NCBI GenBank assembly: GCA_038231455.1
Contig: JBBRLI010000021.1
Coordinates: forward strand, 1-47,888
Origin: Vulcanimicrobiales bacterium
GTDB taxonomy: Bacteria > Vulcanimicrobiota > Vulcanimicrobiia > Vulcanimicrobiales > Vulcanimicrobiaceae
DNA: 47,888 nucleotides
Reading direction: 5' to 3'
Shown here piece by piece: positions 9,066 to 18,224 of the stretch (within the stretch, counting starts at the first letter, position 1; the number at the start of each line of letters is the position of its first letter). Below the pieces are notes generated by a model. That model had not been told where the DNA came from. It searched no databases and saw nothing but the letters and a program-made list of their open reading frames with translations. Made by a program: the position numbers and the translations under genes.

Positions 9066-9946
9066 GTTTGCTCGAGAAGATCGTCATCGTTGGGGCAAGC
9101 GGACAGCTCGGGACCGACCTCACCGCCGCACTAGCCGCCTTCGAACCGATCGCTGCGAATCGTGCCGCCTATGATTTGGGTGATCACGATGCGATGCGGG
9201 CGCTAGTCGCGCGTTATCGGCCGACGCTCGTTATTAACACGGCGGCTTATCACAATGTCGAACACTGCGAGATCCACCCGGATCGGGCGATGGCGATTAA
9301 CGCGATCGCAGTCGACGCGCTCGCGCAATCATGCGCGCTTGCGGGCGCTGCATTCGCCCACGTCAGCACGGATTACGTTTTCGATGGGCGGGCTGACCGT
9401 CCATATCGTGAAGAGGACGCGGTCAATCCGATTAGCGCGTATGGCGTCTCCAAAGCCGCAGGCGAGCAACTCGTACGTCGGCACGGCGAGCGGCACTTCA
9501 TCATTCGAACGAGCGGCCTTTACGGTCGTGCCGGCAGCAGCACGAAAGGCTACACGTTCGTCGAACGGGTGCTCGGACAAGCCGAACGCGACGAGCCGAT
9601 CCGCGTCGTGAACGATATGACATTCTCGCCATCCTACACGCGCGATGTAGCGCAAACGATGCGCGCGATATTCGAGCGTGGCGTTTTCGGCACATATCAC
9701 GCGACGAACGCCGGTCACTGCACGTGGTTCGACTTCGCTTCGGAGGCTTTCCGCCTCGCCGACCTCGATCCGACCGATTTCTCGGCGGTCTCCTATCGAT
9801 CGTTCGATGGTTACATCGGACGCCCGGCGTTTTCCGCGCTAGAACTCGGCGCGCTACAACGCTCGGGCATCGCTTTGCCGCCGGATTGGCGGACGGGCCT
9901 CGCTTCTTATATCGCCGGCCGCCAGAAATCAGCGGCGCTCGTCTAA
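9062..9946 (+). CDS. rfbD: dTDP-4-dehydrorhamnose reductase
   Basis: GASGQLG, INTAAY, HVSTDYVFDG, NPISAYGVSKAAGE, IIRTSGLYG, WFDFA, RPAFSAL. Confidence 0.88.
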   Translation: MSLLEKIVIVGASGQLGTDLTAALAAFEPIAANRAAYDLGDHDAMRALVARYRPTLVINTAAYHNVEHCEIHPDRAMAINAIAVDALAQSCALAGAAFAHVSTDYVFDGRADRPYREEDAVNPISAYGVSKAAGEQLVRRHGERHFIIRTSGLYGRAGSSTKGYTFVERVLGQAERDEPIRVVNDMTFSPSYTRDVAQTMRAIFERGVFGTYHATNAGHCTWFDFASEAFRLADLDPTDFSAVSYRSFDGYIGRPAFSALELGALQRSGIALPPDWRTGLASYIAGRQKSAALV

Positions 9947-9950
9947 CGGC

Positions 9951-10358
9951 TTAAAAAGTCTTGACCTTTGCAAGTCCACTTGCATGGAAGATCTCTTCGA
10001 CTTTTGCGAGCGTATCGGGTTTTGCAAAGAAGGCGACGACGCTGCGGCCCGCTTCGAGCGCCTCGACGTAGTTCTCGACTTCGCTATCGGGGATTTCAAG
10101 ATCGCCGAGGCGGTCGCTGAGATTCTCGTTGCGGAAGAACTCGAGTCCGCCGCCCGAGGAATTGATCCCGGGAACGAAGCCGCCGCTGCGGTCGCCCGTC
10201 ATGATGCGCGGGCCGATGATGCCGCGCGAGACGCCTTGGGTCGAGTCGTCGGGGCCGATAAGTTGGATCGCGTCGAGCGGGATACCCGCATCTTTGAGAG
10301 CTGTTTCCAATGCGACGATGTTGCCATCTTGCGAGATTCCGGTAACGACGAGTCCCAC
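9951..10358 (-). CDS. Small hypothetical protein, general-stress/YflT-like
   Basis: GTG start at 10358 preceded by GGAGG. The motif L.DLEIPDSEVENYVEALEAGRSVV resembles general stress protein 17M/YflT-like domains. Confidence 0.6.
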   Translation of the reverse strand: MGLVVTGISQDGNIVALETALKDAGIPLDAIQLIGPDDSTQGVSRGIIGPRIMTGDRSGGFVPGINSSGGGLEFFRNENLSDRLGDLEIPDSEVENYVEALEAGRSVVAFFAKPDTLAKVEEIFHASGLAKVKTF

Positions 10359-10417
10359 GTACCCTCCGAGCGAACAGGTAAAGAGCAAAAGTTTCGAAGT
10401 CGCCCCGTTCGACGGCG

Positions 10418-11629
10418 CTACCCGCCGACCTCGCGAACGGCCTGGGCCAGCCGTTCGATCCCGGTGCGAATCGCCTGGTCGCCGGCATTGGAAAAATTGA
10501 GCCGCAAGCCGTTTCCGCGGTCGCGGTGCGGATAGAATGCGCGGCCCGGGACGAACAGCACGCCGTCGCGCGAGGCCGCCGCGAAGAGCGCCTCGGCGTC
10601 GAGCGATTCGGGCATGCTCGCCCAGAAGAACATGCCGCCGGTCGGTGCGTTGTACGTGATGCCGGCCGGCATATCGGCCCGCAGTGCGGCGTTCATCACG
10701 TCGCGTCGATGCGCGTAAAGCGCGCGGATTTGCGCGATGTGTCCGGCGAGGAACGCCTCGTCGGAGACGAGTTCGGTGAAAACGAACTGCGCAAACGTGC
10801 TCGTGTGCAAGTCCGTTGCTTGTTTTGCGGGAATGATTTTTTCGCGCACGGCCTCATCGCGTACGATGAGCCACGCGATCCGCAGCCCGGGCGCGATGAT
10901 TTTCGATCCCGTGCCGCAGTAGAGTTGCGTGCAGTCGCTCTCGTGCGAGAACAGCGGCGGCGGCACCGGCCCATCGAAGCTCAGCTCGCCGTACGGATCG
11001 TCCTCGAAGATCGGCAGGCGATAGCGCTCGCAGACCGCGACGATTTTCGCGCGACGCTCGGCCGCGAGTAGCACGCCCGTTGGGTTCTGGAAATTGGGTG
11101 TGAGATAGAGAAATTTCGGCCTGACGCGTTCGACTTCGAGCGCGTGCTCGAGGGATTCGGGGACGAGCCCGTGCGCATCGGTTTCGACGGTGAGATAGCG
11201 CGCTTCATAGGCATCGAACGCTTGAATTGCGCCGAGATATGTCGGATTTTCAACGACGACAGTGTCGCCGGGATTGAGATAGATCTTGCCGACTAAATCG
11301 AGAGCCTGCTGCGATCCGCCCACGATGAGGACGTCATCCGGCATAACGTTCGCGCCTTTGGAGCACATGCGCGCTGCGACCCACTCGCGCAGCGTCGGAA
11401 TGCCTTCGCTGACGGAATATTGCAGCGACGCAGCGCCGTCGCGCGCCAGCACGCGATGCGTTGCCGCATCGACGGCAGCGAGCGGAAAGAGTTCGGGAGC
11501 CGGCAAGCCGCCGGCAAACGAAATGACGTCGGGACGCTGCGTTGCTTTGAGCATCTCGCGAATCGTCGATGCGCGTAAGCGATTGGTGCGCGTCGCAAAC
11601 GCGTGTTCGGAACCGATCGTGAGGGCCAT
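10418..11629 (-). CDS. PLP-dependent class I/II aminotransferase (2-aminoadipate transaminase/MocR-like, no HTH)
   Basis: ISFAGGLPAPELFP, GSQQALDL, ENPTYLGA, PNFQNPTG, EDDPYGEL, SKIIAPGLRIAW (PLP lysine), LRLNFS. Confidence 0.92.
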   Translation of the reverse strand: MALTIGSEHAFATRTNRLRASTIREMLKATQRPDVISFAGGLPAPELFPLAAVDAATHRVLARDGAASLQYSVSEGIPTLREWVAARMCSKGANVMPDDVLIVGGSQQALDLVGKIYLNPGDTVVVENPTYLGAIQAFDAYEARYLTVETDAHGLVPESLEHALEVERVRPKFLYLTPNFQNPTGVLLAAERRAKIVAVCERYRLPIFEDDPYGELSFDGPVPPPLFSHESDCTQLYCGTGSKIIAPGLRIAWLIVRDEAVREKIIPAKQATDLHTSTFAQFVFTELVSDEAFLAGHIAQIRALYAHRRDVMNAALRADMPAGITYNAPTGGMFFWASMPESLDAEALFAAASRDGVLFVPGRAFYPHRDRGNGLRLNFSNAGDQAIRTGIERLAQAVREVGG

Positions 11630-11645
11630 CCGGAGGTCTTCGCGC

Positions 11646-12497
11646 TTAGGCGGGGCGGTTCATCGGAGGACCGCCGATCGGCGGCCGGTCGGCAAACGCC
11701 GTCCAAGCGCCGGGTCTGATGAACGCAAGGATCGTTGCGCCAAGGCCAACGAGCCATACGAGCGCCGTAACGGCCCAGCCGACGACCGGAACGATCTCCG
11801 CTGCGGATACGACGACGAGACCCAGCACGAGTGCGGCAAGCGGTGCCGGCGTCGTGCGCGGCATCGCGAGTTCCCACAGGCGACGCCCAACGAGGAGGGC
11901 GACCGCGCCCGTGCCGATCCAGATCCCCGCAAAAATCGCCGCGATTTCCAAGACGATGAGGGGAATTCCGACGATCGAAATCAGCAACAAAAGCGCAACG
12001 GGCAGAATTGCAACGAACGCGCCGGTGCCGACGGCAGCCGAGAGTCCCGGGTGGCGTTCGACGCGATCGAGCGCCAGTCGCATGCGCAGCGGAAAGAGCA
12101 AGAAAACCAGCACGACGACCAGGCTCGAGCCCAGTTTCACGTAGAGCTTGCGGCTCTCATCATCGAAGCCGGGAGCGGCTGCCGTGGCGATCCACGGTGC
12201 GACGGTGCCGACCGCGTCGTTGGTGACGCAATGCGATTCACCGAGAACCGAGCCCCCGTCTGCGGTTTTGCACGAGCCGCCGACGACGTTGACGTTGCCG
12301 GTGACCGTGCCGCGAATCGTCGCGTTGCCGAAGATCACGTTCAGGTCGCCGTTGATCGTCTCGCCGTGTTCGACGGTCGTATCGTGGAAGAGAATCGTCT
12401 TGCCGCCGTCGCTTGAGTGCGCGGACGCCGGCGCGAACGCCGCGACGATTGCGACGAACGCGAACACGAGAAACGCAACGGCGCGACGTGCGATCAC
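11646..12497 (-). CDS. Membrane protein with N-terminal beta-helical (bactofilin-like) repeats
   Basis: GTG at 12497 overlaps the anti-sigma TGA. Signal peptide VAFLVFAFVAIVAAFAPASA, then TINGDLNVIFGNATIRGTVTGNVNVVGG, then ~5 TM segments. The ORF-track start at 12770 overlaps the upstream gene and is unlikely. Confidence 0.75.
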   Translation of the reverse strand: MIARRAVAFLVFAFVAIVAAFAPASAHSSDGGKTILFHDTTVEHGETINGDLNVIFGNATIRGTVTGNVNVVGGSCKTADGGSVLGESHCVTNDAVGTVAPWIATAAAPGFDDESRKLYVKLGSSLVVVLVFLLFPLRMRLALDRVERHPGLSAAVGTGAFVAILPVALLLLISIVGIPLIVLEIAAIFAGIWIGTGAVALLVGRRLWELAMPRTTPAPLAALVLGLVVVSAAEIVPVVGWAVTALVWLVGLGATILAFIRPGAWTAFADRPPIGGPPMNRPA

Positions 12498-13051
12498 GAG
12501 CGGGTCTCGGATGCCGCAATCCGTTCGGCGATCCGCGGCCGGATGACAAAGTACGCAATCGCAACGGCGGCTACAAGCGCAAGATCGAGCGCGAGCACGC
12601 CGCCGAGCAGCGCGGTCACCGATCCAAAACCGTGCGAGAAGCCGCGCGTCGCTGCGTTTGTGACGCCGCCGATGGCTTCCAGAAAAACGCGCAGTTGACT
12701 TTGCGTCGACGCGAAGAGCGCGTGCGTTCGCGGTCCCGCGGCGAGTTGGATCAAGCCGACGAGCATCCACGCGGCGACGACGTAGGAGACGAGAAACGCA
12801 GCGAGCGGCTCCCGGTGCGGACGCGGGATCGGTTGGGCCGTGATTTCCGCCATCACCTTGAACGTAAAATTCGGCGCGAGTTGCGCTTCACGCGGACCGA
12901 GCAAAAGTGCATCGACGACGCGCAACTCTTCAAGAATACTGCCGCACGCCGTGCAGCGATCGACGTGCGCGAGCAGCTCCGTGCGGAGTGTCGGTGCGAG
13001 CGTGCCGTCGATGAGGGCCTCGAAATGCTCCTCAGATGAGCTGCAGTTCAT
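12494..13051 (-). CDS. Zinc-binding anti-sigma factor (zf-HC2) with TM helices
   Basis: ATG at 13051 gives MNCSSSEEHFEALIDG...AHVDRCTAC (HxxxCxxC), followed by two hydrophobic segments; directly downstream of an ECF sigma factor. Confidence 0.88.
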   Translation of the reverse strand: MNCSSSEEHFEALIDGTLAPTLRTELLAHVDRCTACGSILEELRVVDALLLGPREAQLAPNFTFKVMAEITAQPIPRPHREPLAAFLVSYVVAAWMLVGLIQLAAGPRTHALFASTQSQLRVFLEAIGGVTNAATRGFSHGFGSVTALLGGVLALDLALVAAVAIAYFVIRPRIAERIAASETRS

Positions 13052-13676
13052 TGAACCCCCAGCCCTGGACTTTTCGCGAGGCTTTCGTCTCCGCCATCGT
13101 GTCGCGTTCGTGCAGTTTGTGCGCGAGTGCAAGTTTGCCGCGATGGATCAGCGTTTTCACGTTGCCGAGGGAGAGGCCCATCGTGGTTGCGATCGTCTGG
13201 TAATCCATGTTGTCGTAGTACCGCAGCGCCAGCACCGTGCGCGTACGTTCCGGCAGTTCGGCGAGCGCCGAGCGCACTTCGGACTCCGCTTCCGCGCGTA
13301 AAAGGCCGCCCATCGGATCGGCATCGGCCGAAACGTCGGGCAGCATGTTTTCAAGTGTCCGCTCTTCGCCAATTTCAGCGGTCTGCGGACGGCGCTGGGA
13401 CTTGCCGAGGTGCGTGCGCACGACGTTGCGTGCGATATGGTACACCCACGTGGAAAATTTTCCGAGGCTGGGATTGAACGTGCCGAGGTGGGCGTAGGCG
13501 CGCAGGAACGTCTCTTGCGAGAGGTCCGCGACGTCGGCGGTGCCGCGGACGCTTGCCCCGATGAAGTTGGAGATGCCGCGTTTGTACCGTTCGACGAGCA
13601 CCGCAAAGGCATCGCGGTCGCCCGCGAGCACGGCCTGGACCAAAAGTTCGTCGGTTTCTTCGAGTGTGGCTGTCAT
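13032..13676 (-). CDS. ECF RNA polymerase sigma-70 factor (SigW/RpoE-like)
   Basis: GDRDAFAVLVERY, DLSQETFLRAY, FSTWVYHIARN (region 2); LPERTRTVLALRY...IATTMGLSLGNVKTLIHRG (region 4); RBS GGAG. Confidence 0.95.
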   Translation of the reverse strand: MTATLEETDELLVQAVLAGDRDAFAVLVERYKRGISNFIGASVRGTADVADLSQETFLRAYAHLGTFNPSLGKFSTWVYHIARNVVRTHLGKSQRRPQTAEIGEERTLENMLPDVSADADPMGGLLRAEAESEVRSALAELPERTRTVLALRYYDNMDYQTIATTMGLSLGNVKTLIHRGKLALAHKLHERDTMAETKASRKVQGWGFNELQLI

Positions 13677-13705
13677 CGTATCTCCGAAGGAGGCGCACCC
13701 ACAGA

Positions 13706-13730
13706 TACTGCCCCGACCGGCAAAAGTTCC
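13706..13730 (-). promoter_or_regulatory. Putative ECF autoregulatory promoter GGAAC-N16-AGTA
   Basis: The minus strand reads GGAAC ttttgccggtcggggc AGTA about 30 nt upstream of the sigma ATG, matching the AAC(-35)/GTA(-10) spacing of SigW-type promoters. Confidence 0.6.
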
Positions 13731-13759
13731 ACGGGGAGACGGAGGCGAAGGAGAGCGAG

Positions 13760-14791
13760 ATGCACGTTCTGGTTACCGGTGGTGGGGGCTATATTGGCCT
13801 CGAGCTTTGTCGTCAGCTTGTTGAGCGTGGCGACCGCGTCCGGGTCGTGGACCGGTTCTTTTTTGGCAGCAAGCCGCTCGAGGAGCTAGCGCAGGCCTTC
13901 CCCGGAAAACTTGAGATCCTGCGCGGCGATTTGCGCGCTTGGGACCCCGCGTGGCTCGCGGGAATCGACGGCGTCAGCCACCTCGCCGGGCTCTCGAACG
14001 ATCCGACCGCGGAGTACAATCCCGAGGCGAACTGGCAGATGAACGCCGTTGCGACCGAGAAACTGGCCGCCGCCTGTAAAGCCGCCGGGGTCGCTCGCTT
14101 GATCTTCGGCTCGAGTGCCTCACTCTACGATGGCATTGGCCCCGGGATGTTCGATGAAATGACGCCCGTCGTTCCGCGCGGCGCGTATTCGATCTCAAAA
14201 CGCTGGGCGGAAGAAGCGCTCTTAGCGGCGGCGGGCGACGATTTTTCCCCGACGATCATGCGTCAGGGCACGGTGTACGGCTACAGTCCGCGGATGCGGT
14301 TCGATCTTGTCGTCAACACGTTTATTAAAGATGCGATCGTGCACAAAAAACTTTTTTTGCACGGCGGCGGCTGGCAATGGCGTCCGCTCGTCGAGGTCTC
14401 GGATGTCGCGCGGGCCCACATCGTTGCGCTCGACGCACCGCGCGATGTGGTGCATGGCGAAATTTTCAATGTGATGCAAGAGAACTACCAAGTGCGGCAG
14501 CTCGCGATGCTCGTCGCCGGTTCGCTCTCGCTCGTCGGTCGCGCCGTGGAACTTGTCGAGGCTCCGCTCCCCGCGTTCGTTCGCGACTACCGGATGTCAA
14601 ATCTAAAAATGACGCAGCGGCTCGGCTTTACGCCCGCGGTGACGGTGCTCGAATCGATCGATCAGATGCTCAAACGACTCCCGCTCGACAGTGTTGCAGC
14701 GCTAACCGATCCGCGCCAATACAACATCACCTGGATGAGTCTCATCGAAGAAATTCACGAGCACCAGCGCCCGTTCGTCTCGATCTACTAG
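13760..14791 (+). CDS. NAD-dependent nucleotide-sugar epimerase/dehydratase (extended SDR)
   Basis: ATG 13760 after AAGGAG; VLVTGGGGYIG, HLAGLSNDP, SSASLY, YSISK, GYSPRMRFDLVVN, WRPLV. Confidence 0.9.
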   Translation: MHVLVTGGGGYIGLELCRQLVERGDRVRVVDRFFFGSKPLEELAQAFPGKLEILRGDLRAWDPAWLAGIDGVSHLAGLSNDPTAEYNPEANWQMNAVATEKLAAACKAAGVARLIFGSSASLYDGIGPGMFDEMTPVVPRGAYSISKRWAEEALLAAAGDDFSPTIMRQGTVYGYSPRMRFDLVVNTFIKDAIVHKKLFLHGGGWQWRPLVEVSDVARAHIVALDAPRDVVHGEIFNVMQENYQVRQLAMLVAGSLSLVGRAVELVEAPLPAFVRDYRMSNLKMTQRLGFTPAVTVLESIDQMLKRLPLDSVAALTDPRQYNITWMSLIEEIHEHQRPFVSIY

Positions 14792-14796
14792 GCGAA

Positions 14797-16230
14797 CTAC
14801 TCTTTCCCACCGAGCGCAAGCGCCGCTGCAACGCGGCGGATCGGTTGCGTCATCTTCCACGACTTTGACGAGACGAGCGCCTCAGCGGCAAGCCGCAGAC
14901 TGTCCGACTCTTCGCGCGATTGCGCGAGCATCGCTCCTAGTCGATCGCGATCGCTAACTAAGGACTCGACGAGGGTCTGGTGACTCGCAAGTTCCGAGGT
15001 CAGCAGCGCATTTTCCGACGTTAGTTGCGCATGCTCCGCGGTCAACCGCGCGAGTTCCGCAGTCTGCGTCGCGAGCTCGGCTGCGTGCGCGTCGTTCTGC
15101 GCGCTGTGCGCGGCGACGTGCGCGGCATCGCGTGCCGCGAGCGCTTGCAGCGGATCGCGTTCGAGCGCGCGGATCGAGAGTTCATCGATGAACGCGACGG
15201 TTTCCGCAAGCGTCTGGTGGAGGACGTGGGTTTTCGCGTCCTTTTCCTGGGCGGTCTCGAGCAGCGTACGAATTTCTTCGCGAGCACTGTGCAGTGTCAG
15301 TCGGAGTTCTTCGCAGTGGCGCTTTACTTTGCGAAGGTCCGTCTCGTCCTCGATGTCGATGTCGCGCTCGTACCGATTCCGGTCATCCGTGTGCGTACTC
15401 GCGGGTAGCGACAGCGTCGCTGTGGGTAGAGACCGCGGCGACGTCGCGTTTGAGAAGAGAACGTGCGCTGATGAGGAGAGTCCTCCCGACCGCACATCGT
15501 CGAGCAGATCGTCGAGCGGATCGAGGTAAATAGAACTTAAATCCGGCAGCGTGTCGCCGGCAAGTTTGCTGCACACCGCAAGAAAATATTCGGGGTCGGG
15601 GAGCGCGGAGATGCCGGTTTCGGGGCTCGATGCCGGAGCGAGCCACGAGGTCGCAGGTGCGGTTCCGCTAAGCGGGTGCACGGCCGAACCCCCGAAGATC
15701 CGATGACCGAAGAGCCGTACTTCCTTAAACGAATCGTTCAGCGCGTCGCGAAGCTCGTGAAAATAAAGCTCGCGCACGTGATACGGATTGGATTGACCGC
15801 GCGCGTCCGAGTAGATCAGTTTATTCGGCGAAGAAATGATCAGCCGGCCTTTGGGACGGAGGACGCGCTTGAATTCGGCGAACATCCGCTCGTGTTCGGT
15901 AAGATGTTCGATCGTCTCGAAACTGACGATCACATCGACCGACGCATCGCCAAGGGGAATCTGCGCCGCGGAGCCCGTGCGGAACGAAAGATTCATCGCA
16001 ACGTAACGCGAGCCGGCGAAGCGCACGGATGCATCGTCGATATCGACGCCGATCACCGACTTTGCAACCGTCGCAAGAAGAGCCGAGCCGTAGCCTTCAC
16101 CCGATGCGATATCGAGAACGTCTTTGTCCTGGGCGAGCGTTCGCGCCAGCGCGTACCGGTGCAGATGTTCGTATGAGATCTGACCCCGCAGGTACGGAAC
16201 GTACCGTTCGCCCGTCCATGTCATGTGCAT
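14797..16230 (-). CDS. Class I SAM methyltransferase with C-terminal coiled coil (WbdD/WsaE-like glycan capping candidate)
   Basis: TGERYVP, EHLHRY, VLDIASGEGYG, VSFETIEH, NPYHVRE; long heptad tail ending LVSSKSWKMTQPIRR; RBS AAGGAG; TGATG coupling to the upstream GT. Confidence 0.88.
   Translation of the reverse strand: MHMTWTGERYVPYLRGQISYEHLHRYALARTLAQDKDVLDIASGEGYGSALLATVAKSVIGVDIDDASVRFAGSRYVAMNLSFRTGSAAQIPLGDASVDVIVSFETIEHLTEHERMFAEFKRVLRPKGRLIISSPNKLIYSDARGQSNPYHVRELYFHELRDALNDSFKEVRLFGHRIFGGSAVHPLSGTAPATSWLAPASSPETGISALPDPEYFLAVCSKLAGDTLPDLSSIYLDPLDDLLDDVRSGGLSSSAHVLFSNATSPRSLPTATLSLPASTHTDDRNRYERDIDIEDETDLRKVKRHCEELRLTLHSAREEIRTLLETAQEKDAKTHVLHQTLAETVAFIDELSIRALERDPLQALAARDAAHVAAHSAQNDAHAAELATQTAELARLTAEHAQLTSENALLTSELASHQTLVESLVSDRDRLGAMLAQSREESDSLRLAAEALVSSKSWKMTQPIRRVAAALALGGKE
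14977..15081 (-). repeat. Five degenerate 21-nt (heptad) tandem repeats in the methyltransferase coiled coil
   Basis: Encodes AELATQT-AELARLT-AEHAQLT-SENALLT-SELASHQ; span is 105 nt = 5 x 21. Confidence 0.7.
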
Positions 16231-18224
16231 CAGAGACTCCTTGTAGCGATTGCCGCATCGATGAACGTAAGTGCGTCTGCCACGATCCGTGAAGATCGGA
16301 ACGGCGTGAGAACGCTTGCGGAGGCCTTCGAGATGTGATTCCAGAGGCGTCCGTCACGGTAGAGCCGGACGATCGCCGCGGCGAATTCATCACGGTCGTT
16401 AGCGATAATTCCGCTGATCTCCGTTGTGATGCCGAAACCCTCCGCGCCGATCTGCGTCGTTACGACCGGAACGCCAAACGCTAGGGCTTGGCCGATTTTC
16501 CCCTTGATCCCCGCACCGTAGCGAAGCGATCCGGCAAAGATGCGCGCACGTCGGAAGTACGGCGAAACATCGCGAATAAATCCGGGCACGATCACCTGGG
16601 GCCCGGCAAGATCTAGAACGTTCTCCGGGGGATCCGACCCGAGCAGCGTCACCACGAGTTCGGGAATCTCGGCCCACACGAGCGGCATGATTTCTTCAAC
16701 TAACCAACGCGCGCCATCGATGTTTGGCTCGTGTTTGAAGCCGCCAATGAACAGCACGCCACTCGATGCAGCATAGCCGACGGTCTGCTCGTCTTCGAGG
16801 TCGTGAATCGTCGGAATGACGGCAATGGGCGAGACGTCCTTGCTTTGCAAGACCTCCGCTTCGACGTTGCTCACGACGATGGTTCCGTCCGCGGCGAATG
16901 CGCACGACAGTTCCAGTTCTTCAACGGCTTGCCAAGCTCGATCGTCTGCGACTCCCTCGAGTTCGAATTGACGGCGCATGCGCAAATGGTGGAGGTCGAT
17001 CGTGTCGTACACGATCGCCGCGTTCGAATGATCGCGAACCAGCGGCAAATATTTGCGGCAGAAGAGCGGCCGACAAATCCAGACGAGATCGACGGACTCG
17101 AGCGCTTCGATAAAGAGCTCTCGCCACGACTCGTCACCCGTTTTGTAGATCACCTCGACCCCGGAGCGCTGCAGGTCCGCGGTATAGGGTTCGATCGCCG
17201 TTAGGTTGTCGGGGAAAAAAACGACTCGCGTTCCGGCCTCTTTGAAACCGTCGATGAGCAGCTGAAGCCGGTTCGATCCCGCTTCTCGGTCGTACAGGGG
17301 AACGTAGCCGTCGACGATGAGGACGGCCCGCCGCTCACCGCCGCGCGATCGCGCCGCGCGGTTCGCATGTCCGGCTTCGGGCGACTGGTGGACCGAATCG
17401 AGTACCGCCGCCCACTTCGCGCGAAACCGCGGTTGGTTTGCGGTTTGGAACTGCTTCATGCCCGAGGCAAGGTCGGTTCCGGACGAGTGACCTTCATCAT
17501 GGGTGACTTCGGATTCCGGCTCGTAGACCACGCGATACCCGTGCGCGCGCGCCGCAAAGCACAAGTCGGCATCTTCGTAATACGCCGGCGCGAAGCGTTC
17601 GTCGAATCCGCCGATCGCGCGAAAAAGACTCGCTCGAATCATGAGCGATGCACCGGAAACGTAGTCGACGTCGCGGGCGAAATTGTACTTCGGCCGGTCT
17701 GCTCGATCGAGGCGCCCGTAGTTCAAGCCGCCGGCATCGGACCAAATTACGCCGCCGGCTTCTTGCAGACGACCGTCGGGATAGATCAGTTTCGATCCGA
17801 CAACCCCAATGCCGCCGTCGCTCTCGAGACGGGAGACGAGCGTGCGGACCGCGCCACTTGCAAGCTCCGTGTCGTTATTGAGAAAGTAGAGATACCGTCC
17901 GCGCGCGATCGCAGCACCGCGATTGCAGCTGTGGACGAATCCAAGATTGATCCCGTTGCGGACCAGGTCGATGCCGGGGATCGTGGCGATGTGCGCTGCG
18001 GAATCATCGCTCGATGCATCGTCGACGACGATGATTTGGAGGTTGACTTCGGGATCGCAGCGCAAGAGCGATTCGAGCGCGCGTGCGGTGACATCCCAGT
18101 GGTTGAAAATCGGGATAACGACGCTGACCAACGGTTCGACTGCGCGAAACCGAAACGCGGCAGCGCTACGAAGTCGCTCGAGCGTCGCATCCGGTTCCGG
18201 CTCGGCCGCGCCCGGCTCGATCAG
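16230..18224 (-). CDS. Bifunctional GT2 + GT4 glycosyltransferase (start uncertain)
   Basis: GT2: VSVVIPIFN, VVDDASSD, NLGFVHSCNRGA, LNNDT, LQEAGG, VDYVSGA, YYEDADLCF. GT4: FIGGFKHEPNIDG, LRYGAGIKGKI, VVTTQIGAEG. The first canonical start is TTG 18131, but the frame is open to 18272 and looks coding upstream; a CTG lies at 18224. Confidence 0.88.
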   Translation of the reverse strand: MIEPGAAEPEPDATLERLRSAAAFRFRAVEPLVSVVIPIFNHWDVTARALESLLRCDPEVNLQIIVVDDASSDDSAAHIATIPGIDLVRNGINLGFVHSCNRGAAIARGRYLYFLNNDTELASGAVRTLVSRLESDGGIGVVGSKLIYPDGRLQEAGGVIWSDAGGLNYGRLDRADRPKYNFARDVDYVSGASLMIRASLFRAIGGFDERFAPAYYEDADLCFAARAHGYRVVYEPESEVTHDEGHSSGTDLASGMKQFQTANQPRFRAKWAAVLDSVHQSPEAGHANRAARSRGGERRAVLIVDGYVPLYDREAGSNRLQLLIDGFKEAGTRVVFFPDNLTAIEPYTADLQRSGVEVIYKTGDESWRELFIEALESVDLVWICRPLFCRKYLPLVRDHSNAAIVYDTIDLHHLRMRRQFELEGVADDRAWQAVEELELSCAFAADGTIVVSNVEAEVLQSKDVSPIAVIPTIHDLEDEQTVGYAASSGVLFIGGFKHEPNIDGARWLVEEIMPLVWAEIPELVVTLLGSDPPENVLDLAGPQVIVPGFIRDVSPYFRRARIFAGSLRYGAGIKGKIGQALAFGVPVVTTQIGAEGFGITTEISGIIANDRDEFAAAIVRLYRDGRLWNHISKASASVLTPFRSSRIVADALTFIDAAIATRSL

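Noticed and set aside
17786-18190. ATG-initiated 134-aa ORF as the true start of the GT2-GT4
   Set aside because: It is in a different frame from the GT and has no GT motifs.
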